A stretch of DNA of 64,000 nt from assembly GCA_028023455.1 (NCBI GenBank), contig JAQFVV010000009.1, positions 13,330,001-13,394,000 of the forward strand, in the 5' to 3' direction. Positions 51,203 to 64,000 of the stretch are shown here, piece after piece. The stretch comes from Epiperipatus broadwayi (taxonomy: Eukaryota > Animalia > Onychophora). The position numbers and the translations under genes were made by a program. The notes beneath the pieces were generated by a model. The model had not been told where the DNA came from and did no database searches. It worked only from the letters and a program-made list of their open reading frames with translations. Position 1 is the first letter of the stretch. Every line of letters begins with the position of its first letter.

Positions 51203-52321
51203 AAAATCAAATAAGAAAGACATTTAAAAACTTTAAAGATAATAATAAAAATTCCAAACAAATGTGTCAATCATAAGAGGTTTTGTATGAAATTCTACAT
51301 AAATTAACTTGTAAGACAATATTAGATAGTATTACAAGAAATCAAAATAAACCTTGAAACTTTACAACTGATCATTTATTTTCTCAAAACCAAATAAGAA
51401 GTTGAAAAGACAAATAATACTAAAAGTTTGAAAAAAAGACCATCAGTGACAAGTAATACAAAGTTTCAGATTACATACTGAATTTATAAATTATATAGTA
51501 GTAGTATTATGATAAATCCCTTTTCCAAATCAAAAGAATCTTAAATTTAATGATACGTCATCCCAGTAGTCTTACATGATGTTGAAGCAGTGTTTAAAAA
51601 TTCATCTAATAATAAAATACAATGTAGATTGCCAAGTAAATCAGTACCTTTTTTTTTAAATATATATATACATTGCAATTGTTTTATTGATTTTTAAAAC
51701 AAGAAAAGGAAAAACAGTTGTTCATAGATTATTATATATATAGTTTATAGCATTTTAATATGAAAAAGATCATAAAACAGGTATTTTTATAAAGCAGTTA
51801 TATTCCTATTTTAGTATATAAATATCATTTAATTGTGTTAATGTTTATTCTTAAAATAAGATTGTTGTAAGTTTATAATTAATATTGGGAATTATTTATA
51901 GTGCAATTTATTCATCTTTGAAATATTTTCTGGTATTTTGTGGGTAAAAGTTTTTCTAAGATATTTGTTACTTTTTATATTTTTTGAGATAGTAGATCAT
52001 AGCCCATATAATTTTATATTTGCATATGAATGTATTGTAGTCCAATGCCATGTAGTTGTGATAATATATTAGAGGATTTTAATGTTATACAATGTTTATG
52101 TTAAACATTATATATGATGAAATAATGATATACTGAATAAAAATAGCTACTAAGAATAATATGATGTCCATGTTTATAAAAGTTAGATATAATTAAAAAC
52201 CAATGCATTTAGTTAGTAATTAATAAAAATTACTAAATAATATAATTGTAATTAAATTTTATTAAAGCAAATTTTAATGCTTATTTTAAAATAATATTAT
52301 TTAATGTTATTAGTATAGTGC

Positions 52322-52600
52322 AACATGTATCTTTGAACTACCAATGTATAAGTAGGATATAAAGATACACAATTTTTTAGATTTTGTTTTTATATTTGAA
52401 ATAGTATCTGAGAAAACAACCCATTATTTATTTATTCATTTTATTTTATTATTATTATTTTAATGTAAAACATACATATCTGAACCATCAATGTATAAGA
52501 TAGGATATAAAGATATAATTTTTTAAATTTTGTTTCCGTATTTAAAATAACAACAAAATATCCCATTATTTATATTAATTCATTTTATTTAATTATTATT
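52322..52600. repeat. Two-copy tandem, period about 147 bp
   Basis: CAATGTATAAG(A)TAGGATATAAAGATA and CCCATTATTTAT are repeated. Confidence 0.8.
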
Positions 52601-55600
52601 ACTATTTTAATTTAAATAAAATATAATTTATTTTTTATTAAACTTAACTTTCATATTTGTTTATTTAGATCATCACACTGTTTAATTTTTTTTTTTTTTT
52701 GTCACATCATATTGCAAGTATATGTTTTTATATTCATTAAAAGGAATCCCTAAGAGTTATAATCTAATTTATTAAAAAGTATTATCATAGAGCTTTAAAT
52801 TAATTGTTTAATATAGCTAGTTAAATCCATATCTTAATATTAAATAAACATTTAGTTATTAAGATATAGTTAGCCACAATAATATTCCTTTTGATGTCTA
52901 ACTGTATGTTGATAGTTAAATTTATTTAGTCATTTAGTTATAATATTAAACCCCTAAGAGTGCTCTTTTTTACTTTTTTCTTATTTACTGACCATTGGTG
53001 TAGGTATACTTTTACAAAATTGAAGGTCGAACATGCTGGACCAACCACTACAATATATTGCCATTTTATGTACATATTTTTCATCTGGTATTATTGATTC
53101 TCTCTCCAGTGAAACATGATTTTACATTATGTGAGATTTTATACAAAGGTTTTTATGAAGATTAGTTGTATGTATATTATATCTTTACTGCAGATAAGAA
53201 CAAGTGTAAAAACTTATATGAGAGTATTGAATTTTAGTCAATGATCCACCTTTTTTGTATGAGAATGCACTTCTGATAAATATTATATAAAAAATAATCA
53301 GATATTTAGTTGTTTGAAAAGAAAGTGATTTTCAAGTACATAAGTGTACTGAATACAGCAGTTATATTAATATAACAATCAAATGATTTACTTCTCAGAA
53401 GTTCATAAGAAGCTAGAGCACTAGAAGTGATCAGTTCTGGACTACAATCCATGAACTTTGAACTTCAGAATCTGCTTTCTATCACTTCACCAAGTCATAT
53501 CTACTATAAATATTTATGAATGTTTATATATACACAAACAGATATAAAACATTCTAAACATATATAAAACTGTTTACATTTAAATAAATATAAAAAATGT
53601 AGGGATTATAACTGGCATTTGTTTTCTTATCACATGAGAAACAATGGAAAAACTGATTTTTGAGCTGCATCAGTTCCTGAAACTAATAAGAGTTCCTAAG
53701 ATATTTCATAGATAATTCTTAAAATAAGATGTCTATTAAAATAAGATATTTATAAAAAATAAATTGTCTGAATATAATGAAAATAACTATTCTCAAAATA
53801 ATGGTAAAATTCAAGTTATAAAGTAGAAGAAATTAAAAGACAAAATCCAAAGAGAAAAATTATTATCAGAGAAGATGACCACGATATATTGAAAACACAC
53901 TAGAGAGGAAAAACATAAAAAGTGATCCATGAGTAGCTTTAAGATAACAAGAAGATATGAATGCAAAAAATAAATAGCAGTTAAAGAAGTAAGGCTATTT
54001 CATACACGGGCATTGCTGAGAGAGGTGGAGAATTTTTCAAAATAATCTGTGTTTAAGTTGGCCACCTGAGAAGATTCAGATCACTGGTAATAAAACATCA
54101 TCTACTTTGACTGGTAAGCAAAAAACAGCAATATAAAGAGTGATGATTTAACAAGCAAAAAATTTGTTTGAAAAATTGTGAATAATAACAACTACATTAT
54201 AATGGCAATAAAATTCATGGGAAATGCCACAGTATTAGAATGCCTGTTATTTGGTAAATATATAAATTGGTAATACCACGCTAACAAAGTAAATAAATTA
54301 TTATCAATTTTACATTGAAATTTTTTTTCAGTAATATCTGAAATAGTAAAAAGAGGTTCTGCATAAAACTTAATCTTAATCTAGAAATTGGATCATTTAT
54401 ATTAGAAATCAAAATAACTAATTCATTGCCATTTTTAAAGAAAAGAATTGTTTAATCTTTTGATATATTTTTCTTTTTTTTTACAAGCATTCACCAATTC
54501 TTATTCCAGCAATTTCAATGAAGGCCTTGATCTTTGAAAATAGAAAAAAATGATTAATACTAAAAGTATATGTACTTTGATGCCAAAGACTATGAGCAGT
54601 ATTCACAATCAGATGATTGGATAAAGACTCATCACTGCTTTTTGAAAGAAAACACTGACTTATTATTAAAAAAGTGAAATATCATTAGGTCGTCATCAAC
54701 TATTCCATTCAATCAGTTTGTTTGTGACAGTTAAGAAAGATAATTCAATGATATAAATTTACAAATAATTATTGTCACTGTCATACCAATATCTTGATTG
54801 ATAAAGTCAGGGTAAGTGACTATTTTGACCTAGCCAGCACTTTTCTTGATCAATGTTAATACTAGCTTGCACTTCATTTTACAATTCATTCTAAACATCT
54901 CATATTCAAATCTGCTTTTATTCATTCTTCATTATATATATTTCTATCTTTCCATTTTCATGGCAAAAGTTATATAGAAACAATCTGCAATTCAACTCCC
55001 ACTTTTAAAATCTGATTTTCATTAATTAGTGTATCCAGGTAATATTTTTCTCTCAATCTCAAACAACATTTAGACACTTTATCAGTCTTAAATTAAATCT
55101 CTACATGCTAACCTATTTTAGAAGAAATTAACTCTCATTGTACACAAAGTTCTCAATCCCAGCCAAGCACAGGGTGGAAGACTTGAGAGATAAAAATCCT
55201 TGGATTAATTTTCAGATGCAAAAAGGATGAAAACCAAACATGATATGGCATTCTACCACATGTTTATTTTTTATATCTATCCTATCTTTGGTAATTATAG
55301 CAATTTTTTTTCTTTAGATGTAATAGCAGAATTTTATCACAAAAAATTAAAATAATTGAATTTATTAGTTTGATTTCTACTTTCATTTATAATTTAGTTT
55401 TCAGATTTATCCCCCCCCCCTTTATTATAATAATTTTCCTTCCTCTTATATATCTTAAGTTATTTTTTCAAAGAAGTGCAATTAGGCAATATAATAAATA
55501 TTATAATCAAGTAATAGTAGTTATTATCATAGATAATATTTTAACATCAGTTTGACAAAATTTAATATATTTGGGCATATCAATTTTAGAATTATCATAA

Positions 55601-56148
55601 ACTTCAAAAGGTCCTTTACCTTATTAAGATATCTTATACTAAATGATTTCTTCATTTTACCACGTGTTGCCGCAGCAATTTCTTTCATGATTCATAATAA
55701 AAATAAAAATCTTTTATTTCTTAATGTGGAATACAAACGTGCTTCTTACTGATGAAAAAAGAACTTTTCAGCCTGGCTAATAGTTCTAAACTAGATGGCA
55801 AACAGTTATCCATTCAAGAGAAGACTATCAATAAAGACTGTGGCAAATCGGGGTCAATAATCAGAATAGTTTAATAAATTCTCGTTATATATATAAAAAA
55901 GATGAAAACTATCACACTACATAATCCTGGGAATACAATATGCTGTATCTAGAGCAGTAATATTAGAGTATGAAACTGCCATCTGAGTACAATAGTTCTT
56001 GTACAGACTGATACATTTTTTTTTCTCTCCTAAAATATCAATCGCCAATATTCTCATTATATGGCAGCTAAATATATTTGACTAGTAATGGTGTATGATT
56101 CAGAGATATGGGATTTTGGTATATACATGTATACAAAATTATTGTTAA

Positions 56149-56236
56149 AACAGGCAAAACCCACTATACGTATGCCACACACAGCAAGCTAGAGTAATCA
56201 ATGTGTGTGGCATATGTATAGTGGGTTTTGCCAGTT
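56149..56236. repeat. Isolated 31-bp inverted repeat (hairpin) with 18-nt loop
   Basis: GGCAAAACCCACTATACGTATGCCACACACA (56153-56183) pairs with TGTGTGTGGCATATGTATAGTGGGTTTTGCC (56202-56232), with one G-T wobble. Confidence 0.9.
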
Positions 56237-58355
56237 ATACACAAGCATATGAGATTGTGGTCATGTGATGTTTATTGGCTTATATACAAAATTATATTAC
56301 ATATAAATGATTCCAATATAAATTTAAGCTTTAGAAATGATTCTGGAACTGACAATTTTTTTTGTCAAATAGTTTATAATAAAAAAATCTCCCTACACAA
56401 TTGTTCATCAGAGATTCAATTGTGAGCTCCTTACCGCATGCGTTATATTTAATTACCTACATTTTATATTAATAAAATGAGATTCGAAAACAAGTACTTA
56501 ATTGCATTATAAAAACTACAAAACACTTATAATAAAAACTTAATACTAATGGCACTTTCGTTGGATCTAAATACCTTTACATATATAAACCAATTATTAT
56601 TGATTGATATCAGACAAATTTTTTAAAATAGTTAATTTTACTCTTTAAACATCAATAAATTTGAAATTCTTGTAAATGCAATATCTTTTATATATTAACA
56701 CAAACATACAAATTATTTTGAAAATATTAAGGTAACATTTTCCCCTTGTCCTCGTAGCATATTTATACAATGCTTAAAATAAAAATAAAAAATTGCAAAT
56801 ATGCCTCCCCTACAATCTTGTTGCGCGAAGATAGTTATTTCCCACAATGCTTAAATAAATCTTTAAAAACGAACGAAAAAAAAAGAGAACATTTTAAAAT
56901 GGAAAAGCGTATATACAAAATTTTTCATTTTCTAAACTCGATTTTTTATATACTGTATATTTAAAAAAAAGACGATAGAAAAAAAAATTGGCAGGGGCGC
57001 AAGAAAGAAAAAGAATAGGATAATGCTTAGATCTGAATTCTCAAGGGAGAACTTAAGCATATTAGAATTTCACTGGTAAATCTGACAAAAGCAATACCAG
57101 AAATGTTCATTGATTCACACGATTTACTGCATAAAAAATATAAAATCTATTTAGATGACTTAGTAATCAAAGATTCTGATGTTTAAATAATCCCAACTTC
57201 ATTGAGCATATAACAAGTTCTACTTTAAGAAAACTATGACTGCGTGTGTATGTGCTTTTGTTAATAAGTAAACATAATGATAAATTTATAACGTGTCTAA
57301 TTATATTAAACTTGCATTTTAACTATATATATATAAATAATGTTTAAAATTTTTTAAGGATATAAAAAAAATCTCTAGCCAGATCATTATTAGCCTAAAA
57401 TATTAATCAAGTTATAGAGCAGACTGGCAATGCGATGTCGCAGTATTTAATAAGTTAAAATATAACTACTTGCTCGGTATATAACTATTTAACTAAATTA
57501 ATTCAAGGCAGAGCCGTCATTCTGCCAAATTTATTACATAAAATAGACACTTTGATTCTCTAGTGACTTAGCATTGATATTTTTTGTTTAGAAAAAAAAA
57601 ATTACAATATATTTTTGAAACTTATTATATAGACGAAATTCCTTCTTTTTTAAAATATATATATTATTCTGGCACAAGTGTATCATATCTCATTTTATTC
57701 TTTTCAAATACAAAAAAATCATTTTCTATTTTCTGAAACAAATTAATAAATTCCTGTTAAAATTCACTTTAGTATAAAAATTATACATCGTACTTAAACA
57801 GTTCTAATTTCAAGATACAGTGATCTAAAAATTCATAATTAGTTTTTTAATTTCCGACGTCTGAAATTAAGCTATGAACTTAAACGCACATACTTATAAT
57901 AAGGGCTTTAAGCATTCAATTCTCGGATTTTCAATGTTATGGATGGCTGAAGAGTTGGAGAGTGGAGAAGATTGAAGCTTGTTCATTAAAATTTGAAGAT
58001 TTGCTATCTTAACATAAACTGAGCACTAAATGTATATATGTGCGGTAGATGGACCAACTGATAAATGCTGGTTCAGCACGAAATACTTATATTGGAAATC
58101 ATTTATCTTTTTCACATGTAGGTAGTCATGTATATTGGTTGTATAAGGTAGAGTGGATAAATGTAGGGAGCGTGAAAGTCAGAGTTCAAGTCCTATCTAA
58201 TTACATACTTATATATATTAAAATTTTTGATTTATTTAAATTCTCATCGGGTTTTGCATTTCAATGGGCATAATTTTATTATATATTTTCATTTCTTAAA
58301 TTATGTTTCAAAAGGTAAACTTTATTAAGATTCAAAATAGGTTACATAAATTAAT

Positions 58356-59035
58356 GTGAAAGCATAAGGTCTTAGATACAAGTTGATACATGAAATTACA
58401 TATGCAATAACTGTTTACAATCTTGTTTGTAGTAGAAAATAAAACTAATTTACAGTAACTGAAGGAATAATAATTCTTACATAACAAGATACATGTGTCA
58501 AATCAGATTTACATAGATTTTTTAAATGTGAAGTTGAGAAAAAAATACATGTTAACACATGATATATTAGTGAAAACAAATATGGGGGCTGGGGATGGAA
58601 TTGATGTTAGACTGATATGTGGTTGTATATAAATTGGGCTTATTTATTTGATGAGGAGCATTATAGTTTCATGGCTAAGTCTTACTGTTCATGTGCTACA
58701 TAAATTGCATGTGAAAAATGTGAATTCTAGATACAATTTGATATATGAGATTACATATGCAAAGAGGTTTATAATTTTGCTTATGATAAATAAAATGTAA
58801 TTTATAGTAGTTGGAAGAAGAAGAATTGTTGCATAATAAGATACATATGCCAAATTAGGTTTACATAGATTTTTAAAAATATTATGAGATAAATACATGA
58901 ACGAATATGATGCTATTTGTTAATATATTTGGGGGATGGGGCTAAAGTTAGTGTTATATTGGCATAATAAATTGTGCTTATTTGATAAGGAATACTATAG
59001 ATGTCATGCCTAAGTCTTATTGTTTATGTGCTGTG
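58356..59035. repeat. Diverged tandem duplication, period about 355 bp
   Basis: Shared blocks ATTACATATGCAA (58396, 58750), AAGATACATRTGYCAAAT, TTTACATAGATTTTT and CTAAGTCTTAYTGTTYATGTGCT. Confidence 0.8.
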
Positions 59036-59039
59036 CATT

Positions 59040-59760
59040 TAAAGTTCAGTTGATGTAAGTTAATGGAGTGATCTTGCAAACTTCTTTGGATCAGTGAATT
59101 GATGAAATGGGTACTGTATTACTCTCAAGTGGTGCAGTATTTATTCCAGAGCTCACCATGGTATTATGTTGGACCTATCAGTTCATGCATGGTAGGCACT
59201 TGAACTGGTTGAAGTTATGGAAAGTGGGATGGAATATAAAGAACAGTTGGAATCTGTGGCCTATATAATGCTGGAGTTGGGGTGTGTGTCTTAAATGATG
59301 TAAATAGCCTCTGTGGTAGGGTAATAATAAATTTTTGGCAAATGGTTTGTCAGCATATCAGAAATCCCCATGATGGAAAGAAGTTACAATCTTGTGTTTT
59401 TAATTCTAGATTTTTAAGGTTGTTTGTATTGTTTGACATGAAATGTGAAATTGGCTTCTTCATTAATGGATTTGAAATATCTTTGCTATTGTGAACATGG
59501 GGATTGTTTTTGGTGATGGTTTAAAATGCATCTTTAAAAAACTACTATTATGCAAATTGTTAGGACTTGAAGCAGGAGCTCTTGAAACTAATATAGAGGC
59601 AATACTAAGGTTTACTGCTGGAATTCTTATATCAAATTACTTTCAGCTCTTTTATAAATGTTTATCTGATTTTGTTTTCTGCATCCTGAAAAAGTCCACT
59701 ATGGTAGTATAAACTACAGTTTCCAATATTTGTTAGCCAGAATTAATCCTGTTTATTTTT
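59040..59760 (-). mobile_element. Possible decayed CR1/L2-type LINE ORF2 3' end
   Basis: A minus frame reads NLELKTQDCNFF..GFLIC*QTICQKFIITLPQRLF, loosely like the C-terminal region of CR1-type ORF2. No catalytic motif is visible. Confidence 0.3.
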
Positions 59761-62159
59761 TTAAAAGATTTTTATGTCAAATACTCAGGCTTGGTTGTTT
59801 GTTTCAAGAAAAATAAAAGGCGCAATAATACAATTTAATCAAACATTTTGAATATTCCTTTAATTATATTTAATAGCCAATCCATAAGCTAAATTAATGT
59901 ATGTGTAGACAAATATATTGGATGTACATTTTTCTTTCAAATCATTCATTAAATTAAGTTTCCTTTACATATGATAAGTTGTTATCGTATTAATGTAACA
60001 CATTTTATTTTAGAAATTAATAAATATTTATAAAAACAATAACAAAAGAAAAAAAATCACTGAAAATACTTCAGGAAAAAATAAATTCTAATTATTCATA
60101 TATTGTATATATTTTAGCATATACTGTATATAGAAAAAGTCAGAGCTGGAGATTTTAAAATTATTACTATGCTGCGATCTTTCAAAAATATATATTTATA
60201 AAATGTTCAGATTCTTTGATTTCTTCATCATAATATTGTTCACTAATTGTTGGAGGGGAAATAAGTCCGCAAAATTGTCTCATTTCAGTGAATAAGGAGC
60301 AGTTTGCATGATTTAGTGCAAATGATAGCGAAATGGACTTGAGAGCTAACGGTTTTTGTATTATAGCTCAAAAGGTCATTTGAGTATAACATGACCTCTT
60401 AAGTAACTAATCATTCAGTTTTTTTTTATCAATAAACAATTTTTGGATGCTATGTGAATGATGTAATGGATTCATTATCATTAGGATTTTATAATATTGA
60501 TATAAAATAAATTTATGTTAAAATTGCGACAAGCAATTGCAAATTAACGAAATAATATTGTTTGGATATAATACTCTGTTGCCAAGCTATTCAATATGCC
60601 TTTCGGCAAAAAGTACACACAAAAAATAATTATCAGCTATAAATAATATTTATTAATATTATATGATACCAAGTTGGCACTTACTCCTGATGATCATAAG
60701 AATAGTATTTCATCATCTCATTATTTATCCTAATTATTTTATCTTCAATCCATTTAAGGTGCACACACTTTTCTAATAAATTTAAATAATTTTATAATAT
60801 ATCCAAAATAAATCAATTTTATCCTGATTGCTATGGTTCACTTCCTTCCTATCCCTGATATTCTCAAAAATCAACAGTACCACAATTTACAATAAAAATT
60901 TTTTTTATCTAATTTAAAGTACTTTTAAAATTAACTTTTACTGGGTCTTAAATGATTATAACTTTAATATATAGGACAGTTTGAAAAAAAAAAAAAAATG
61001 TTAGTCAACAATATACATAATACACGATCTTGTGGTTTGCAATTTAATCATGTTAAGTAGTCAGACAGAAAGAAATATATATATAACTGTTTGTAATAAT
61101 TATATTATCAGAAAATCACTTTCAATACATACCTAAACCATGTGTGTCTATTGATATTTTGCTATATATCCATCAGTTAGTAGCCTAATTTTACAAAGGA
61201 GAAGAAAGAGAAATGAAGCTCCATTGTAGCATGATAAATATCTGGAAATTGTTTCTATTTTGATTTTAGATATCTGATTGTAAAATAGGGACTGCAATTT
61301 CTTGTCTGTAGGGTTAAAACAAAGATGACATCTCAGAATCTAAAGAGTGAACATGATGAAAATTGTGACTCTAATCAAGAGAAAGAGCCCCCCCCCCCAC
61401 ACACACACACACACTTCATTCTATCTATGAGATTGGTGATGGATAAAATATATGATTTAATGATTGATTTAATAAATAATTCTATATATCAAAAAAGATT
61501 GGGCATTGGAATAAAAAATGAATTATTTCTTTTGATATGTGGCAGAGAGCAAATAGCATCAATGTTAGAATATATCATTCTTTGTGAGAAATAGTAATTG
61601 GTGAGCAGAGCATCTAGATTGATTTTAATAAGGAAATCTAATTTAAAGTATTCAACTAACAATATTCATAGAAAAAAATAGAAAATAATTTGAACAAATC
61701 TAATATTCAGACTTATAAAACTGATTTATATTTTTTCATTGCAACTCTGAAATCAGTTCATAAGAAATGTCTCCACAGCTGAATTCTTTGTTATTATAAA
61801 CAATCACAAAAAAAAAAAAAATTCACGGATTTCCATATTTTTATCATCAATTTAAAAGTAGCCATTACCAATAATAAAAATACTTTTTCTAAAAACTGAA
61901 TAATTTCTGCAGTAATATAGTAACCATATAAATATTCAGGATTAGTACAGGTTACTATAAATAATCACAAAGGACAGATAATTAGTAAATCCAACACCCT
62001 CTATTATCCTTCACAGTCTGCCATCATTGTTTCCTTTTTTGTTATTTAATCAAACTGACTGAATGTATAATCTTTTCCAGTTGAACTCATTACTTTGCTG
62101 TTGATTTCAAAATTTAATCAATAATAAATATTCAACCAATATGTTTTTATTTTGGACTC

Positions 62160-62395
62160 ATAGCTTTATAGTTAGTAAAAAAAAGAGTAAAAGATGGCTT
62201 CTAGAGGATTGCATTAGATCCTAAGATCTAGGTGCAGTGCTCTCAGATCAAGGTTTCTTGCTGATGAAAACCTCAAACTAGAAATTAGTTTGGAGATATT
62301 GAATCAATAGGTACTAGATAGAGATTTATATATATATCTTCTTGCATCCATTGATTACTATGGCTTGCATTGGATGGCATTACTTGTCAATAAAT
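62160..62395 (+). repeat. Decayed partial copy of the 48-49 kb hammerhead element
   Basis: TTGCATTAGATCCTAAGATCTAGGTGCAGTGCTCTCAGATC is identical to unit 2. The core CTGATGA is retained at 62261-62267, but stem II, stem III and the GUC triplet are mutated. Confidence 0.9.
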
Positions 62396-64000
62396 GCAAT
62401 TATAATATCCATTCTATATTCCTTGTAGAAATATTATATAATAGCTATATATAAATATATATATATTCCGGAATAAAGTAAGAAATATCATTCAAATACA
62501 ACTTATCACAAAAAGCAAAAATTCTATTCAATTCAGATGCCACCATTCTCTGCAGTGACTTTAATATCACTTTCAGTGGAATACCATAGCTACTGAGTGT
62601 TGAGATTCATCAGCTTGCACTGAGATCTTTCCTCACTTTATCTACCAGGTACTGCAACCTTTATGACAGGATTTGTTGTTAATAATTTTTTTTTGTAATA
62701 TTGTTAGACAACAAATACACTATAGATGTATCTTGTATAACCTCTGATCATGCATATTTAAAAGAGAAAATTACACCACACAGGATGTGGCCTAAATATG
62801 ATTATACAGTTAAATATGCTATTCTTTGAATCTAAAATTAACTATTGATGACATCTGAAATGCTACTGAACATATCATATATTTCTAATAGAGTAGAGGT
62901 CTGGATTTTGTTTAAAAGCAATAAACAACACCATATGTGCAAATTAAAACCATTAAATGCCAATCCAGGGATTTGGTAAATCAATTATTAGATAACATTA
63001 TATAATTCTTACTAAATATAATAAAAAATAAAAAAGAGGCAAAGTCCTTGGTTCAAAAATTACAAAAAGAAGTTGAACATCTACAAACAAAAGATACAGC
63101 GCTACATAAACTAATAAAAATCATACTAGATTTATCAAAACTGGTTAAATCACCAATAAACTATGCCAAGCCAACAACTATCAATGCTAGTATAATTTCT
63201 CTCCTAATCTGAGACAATATTGATATTCTAATAATTGTCAATATAGATAGAAAGAAATTTGATGATATAATAAAAGAAACTCATAGCCATCAAACCACAT
63301 TCATCTGTAAACTGATATTGTAAAATATTTGTTGCAGAAGAGTTTATTACTAAAAGTAAAACTTCTTATAAGTTAATTAACATCACATACAACACTAGAT
63401 AAATATAAAATATCACCCAAAATATACTGCATAAATATTACAACTACCTCTATTCAGATAAAGTCAATCTCTCTAATCTATCAGTTAATAAAATATTTTG
63501 TTGTTAAAAAAAAAAAAAATAGAAAAAGAGATCAAGACGATTTGAGATTGATAACAGTTGAAGACGTGGTTCAAAAGATATTTGCAAGACTTATCTTCCA
63601 GTAAAGGAACGTTTTCTGCTTAAACTATTCAAATCACCATCATATCAATATCAAGTCATATTATTAGCCTAGAAAGACATTGTTTGCAAAAATGAAAAAA
63701 TATACAATCTATGTAGCCTGCTACATAGATTTAAAAGTGATATAGTTAATTGTGATTATTTGTTATTGATACTTCAACAATTATTTCTACAGAACTAACA
63801 TTTAATTATAGCCATTCAGAATTATATTAATAAAATCTATTAAATTCAAGAAATAATTGTCCTCCTCAAGTGTATTCAAAGCTACTTATCACTGGCATTA
63901 CTCTTGAACATAGTTTATTTATACCATTAATCAGATAGAGGAAACAATCGAAGCCTTTATCCTTTATTTGTTACATTTGGATATAACAAACTCAGGTACA

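Noticed and set aside
55740-55790. CTGATGA heptamer, and a VLLTDEK peptide resembling Tc1
   Set aside because: There is no downstream GAAA or stems, and the peptide match is too short and isolated.
58657-58697. Minus-strand AGCAC-ATGAACA...GAAAC..ATGCT as another variant hammerhead
   Set aside because: Positions 3 and 8 are A and C (unpaired), stem II does not form, and the second tandem unit lacks GAAA.
6431-61594. Numerous 60-105 aa ORFs rich in F/L/I/K (for example 6431, 6698, 10219, 24690, 25822, 29693, 50579, 55370)
   Set aside because: These are expected by chance in very AT-rich DNA or are antisense to transposon ORFs; none has a recognisable domain.
1-64000. CRISPR arrays, rRNA genes or prokaryotic operons
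   Set aside because: There are no regularly spaced short repeats with unique spacers, no rRNA-like sequence and very low coding density. The element content is eukaryotic.

Overview
Very AT-rich animal genomic DNA (probably arthropod; the taxon cannot be fixed from sequence alone), intronic or intergenic in character. I cannot support any intact host protein-coding gene. Most ORFs in the track are either fragments of decayed transposon proteins or spurious low-complexity frames. The window is a graveyard of mobile elements: a mariner split by a Buster-type hAT (exact 8-bp TSD), a decayed Gypsy with a tRNA-Lys PBS, several RTE LINE remnants, a hAT MITE, a Tc1/pogo-type TIR shell, and two tRNA-Gly-derived SINE copies. 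The most interesting signals are small structured-RNA retroelements. (1) A truncated Penelope-like element (GIY-YIG, inverted pseudo-LTR) carries a hammerhead-ribozyme fold whose core reads AUGAAUA instead of CUGANGA, i.e. a compensatory A3-U8 swap of the C3-G8 core pair. (2) A non-coding retrozyme-like element (about 450-nt tandem units, one hammerhead each, 5' inversion, 10-bp TSD) lies at 48.2-49.2 kb, with a decayed copy at 62.2 kb. (3) A 332-nt family is circularly permuted and fold-back with an 11-bp TSD; its hairpin co-varies between copies, but I find no canonical ribozyme in it. Transposon decay is dominated by CpG to TpG/CpA changes. A CpG-retaining block at about 40.8-43.5 kb looks like an unmethylated promoter. 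All coordinates were counted by hand, and the ends of decayed elements are approximate.
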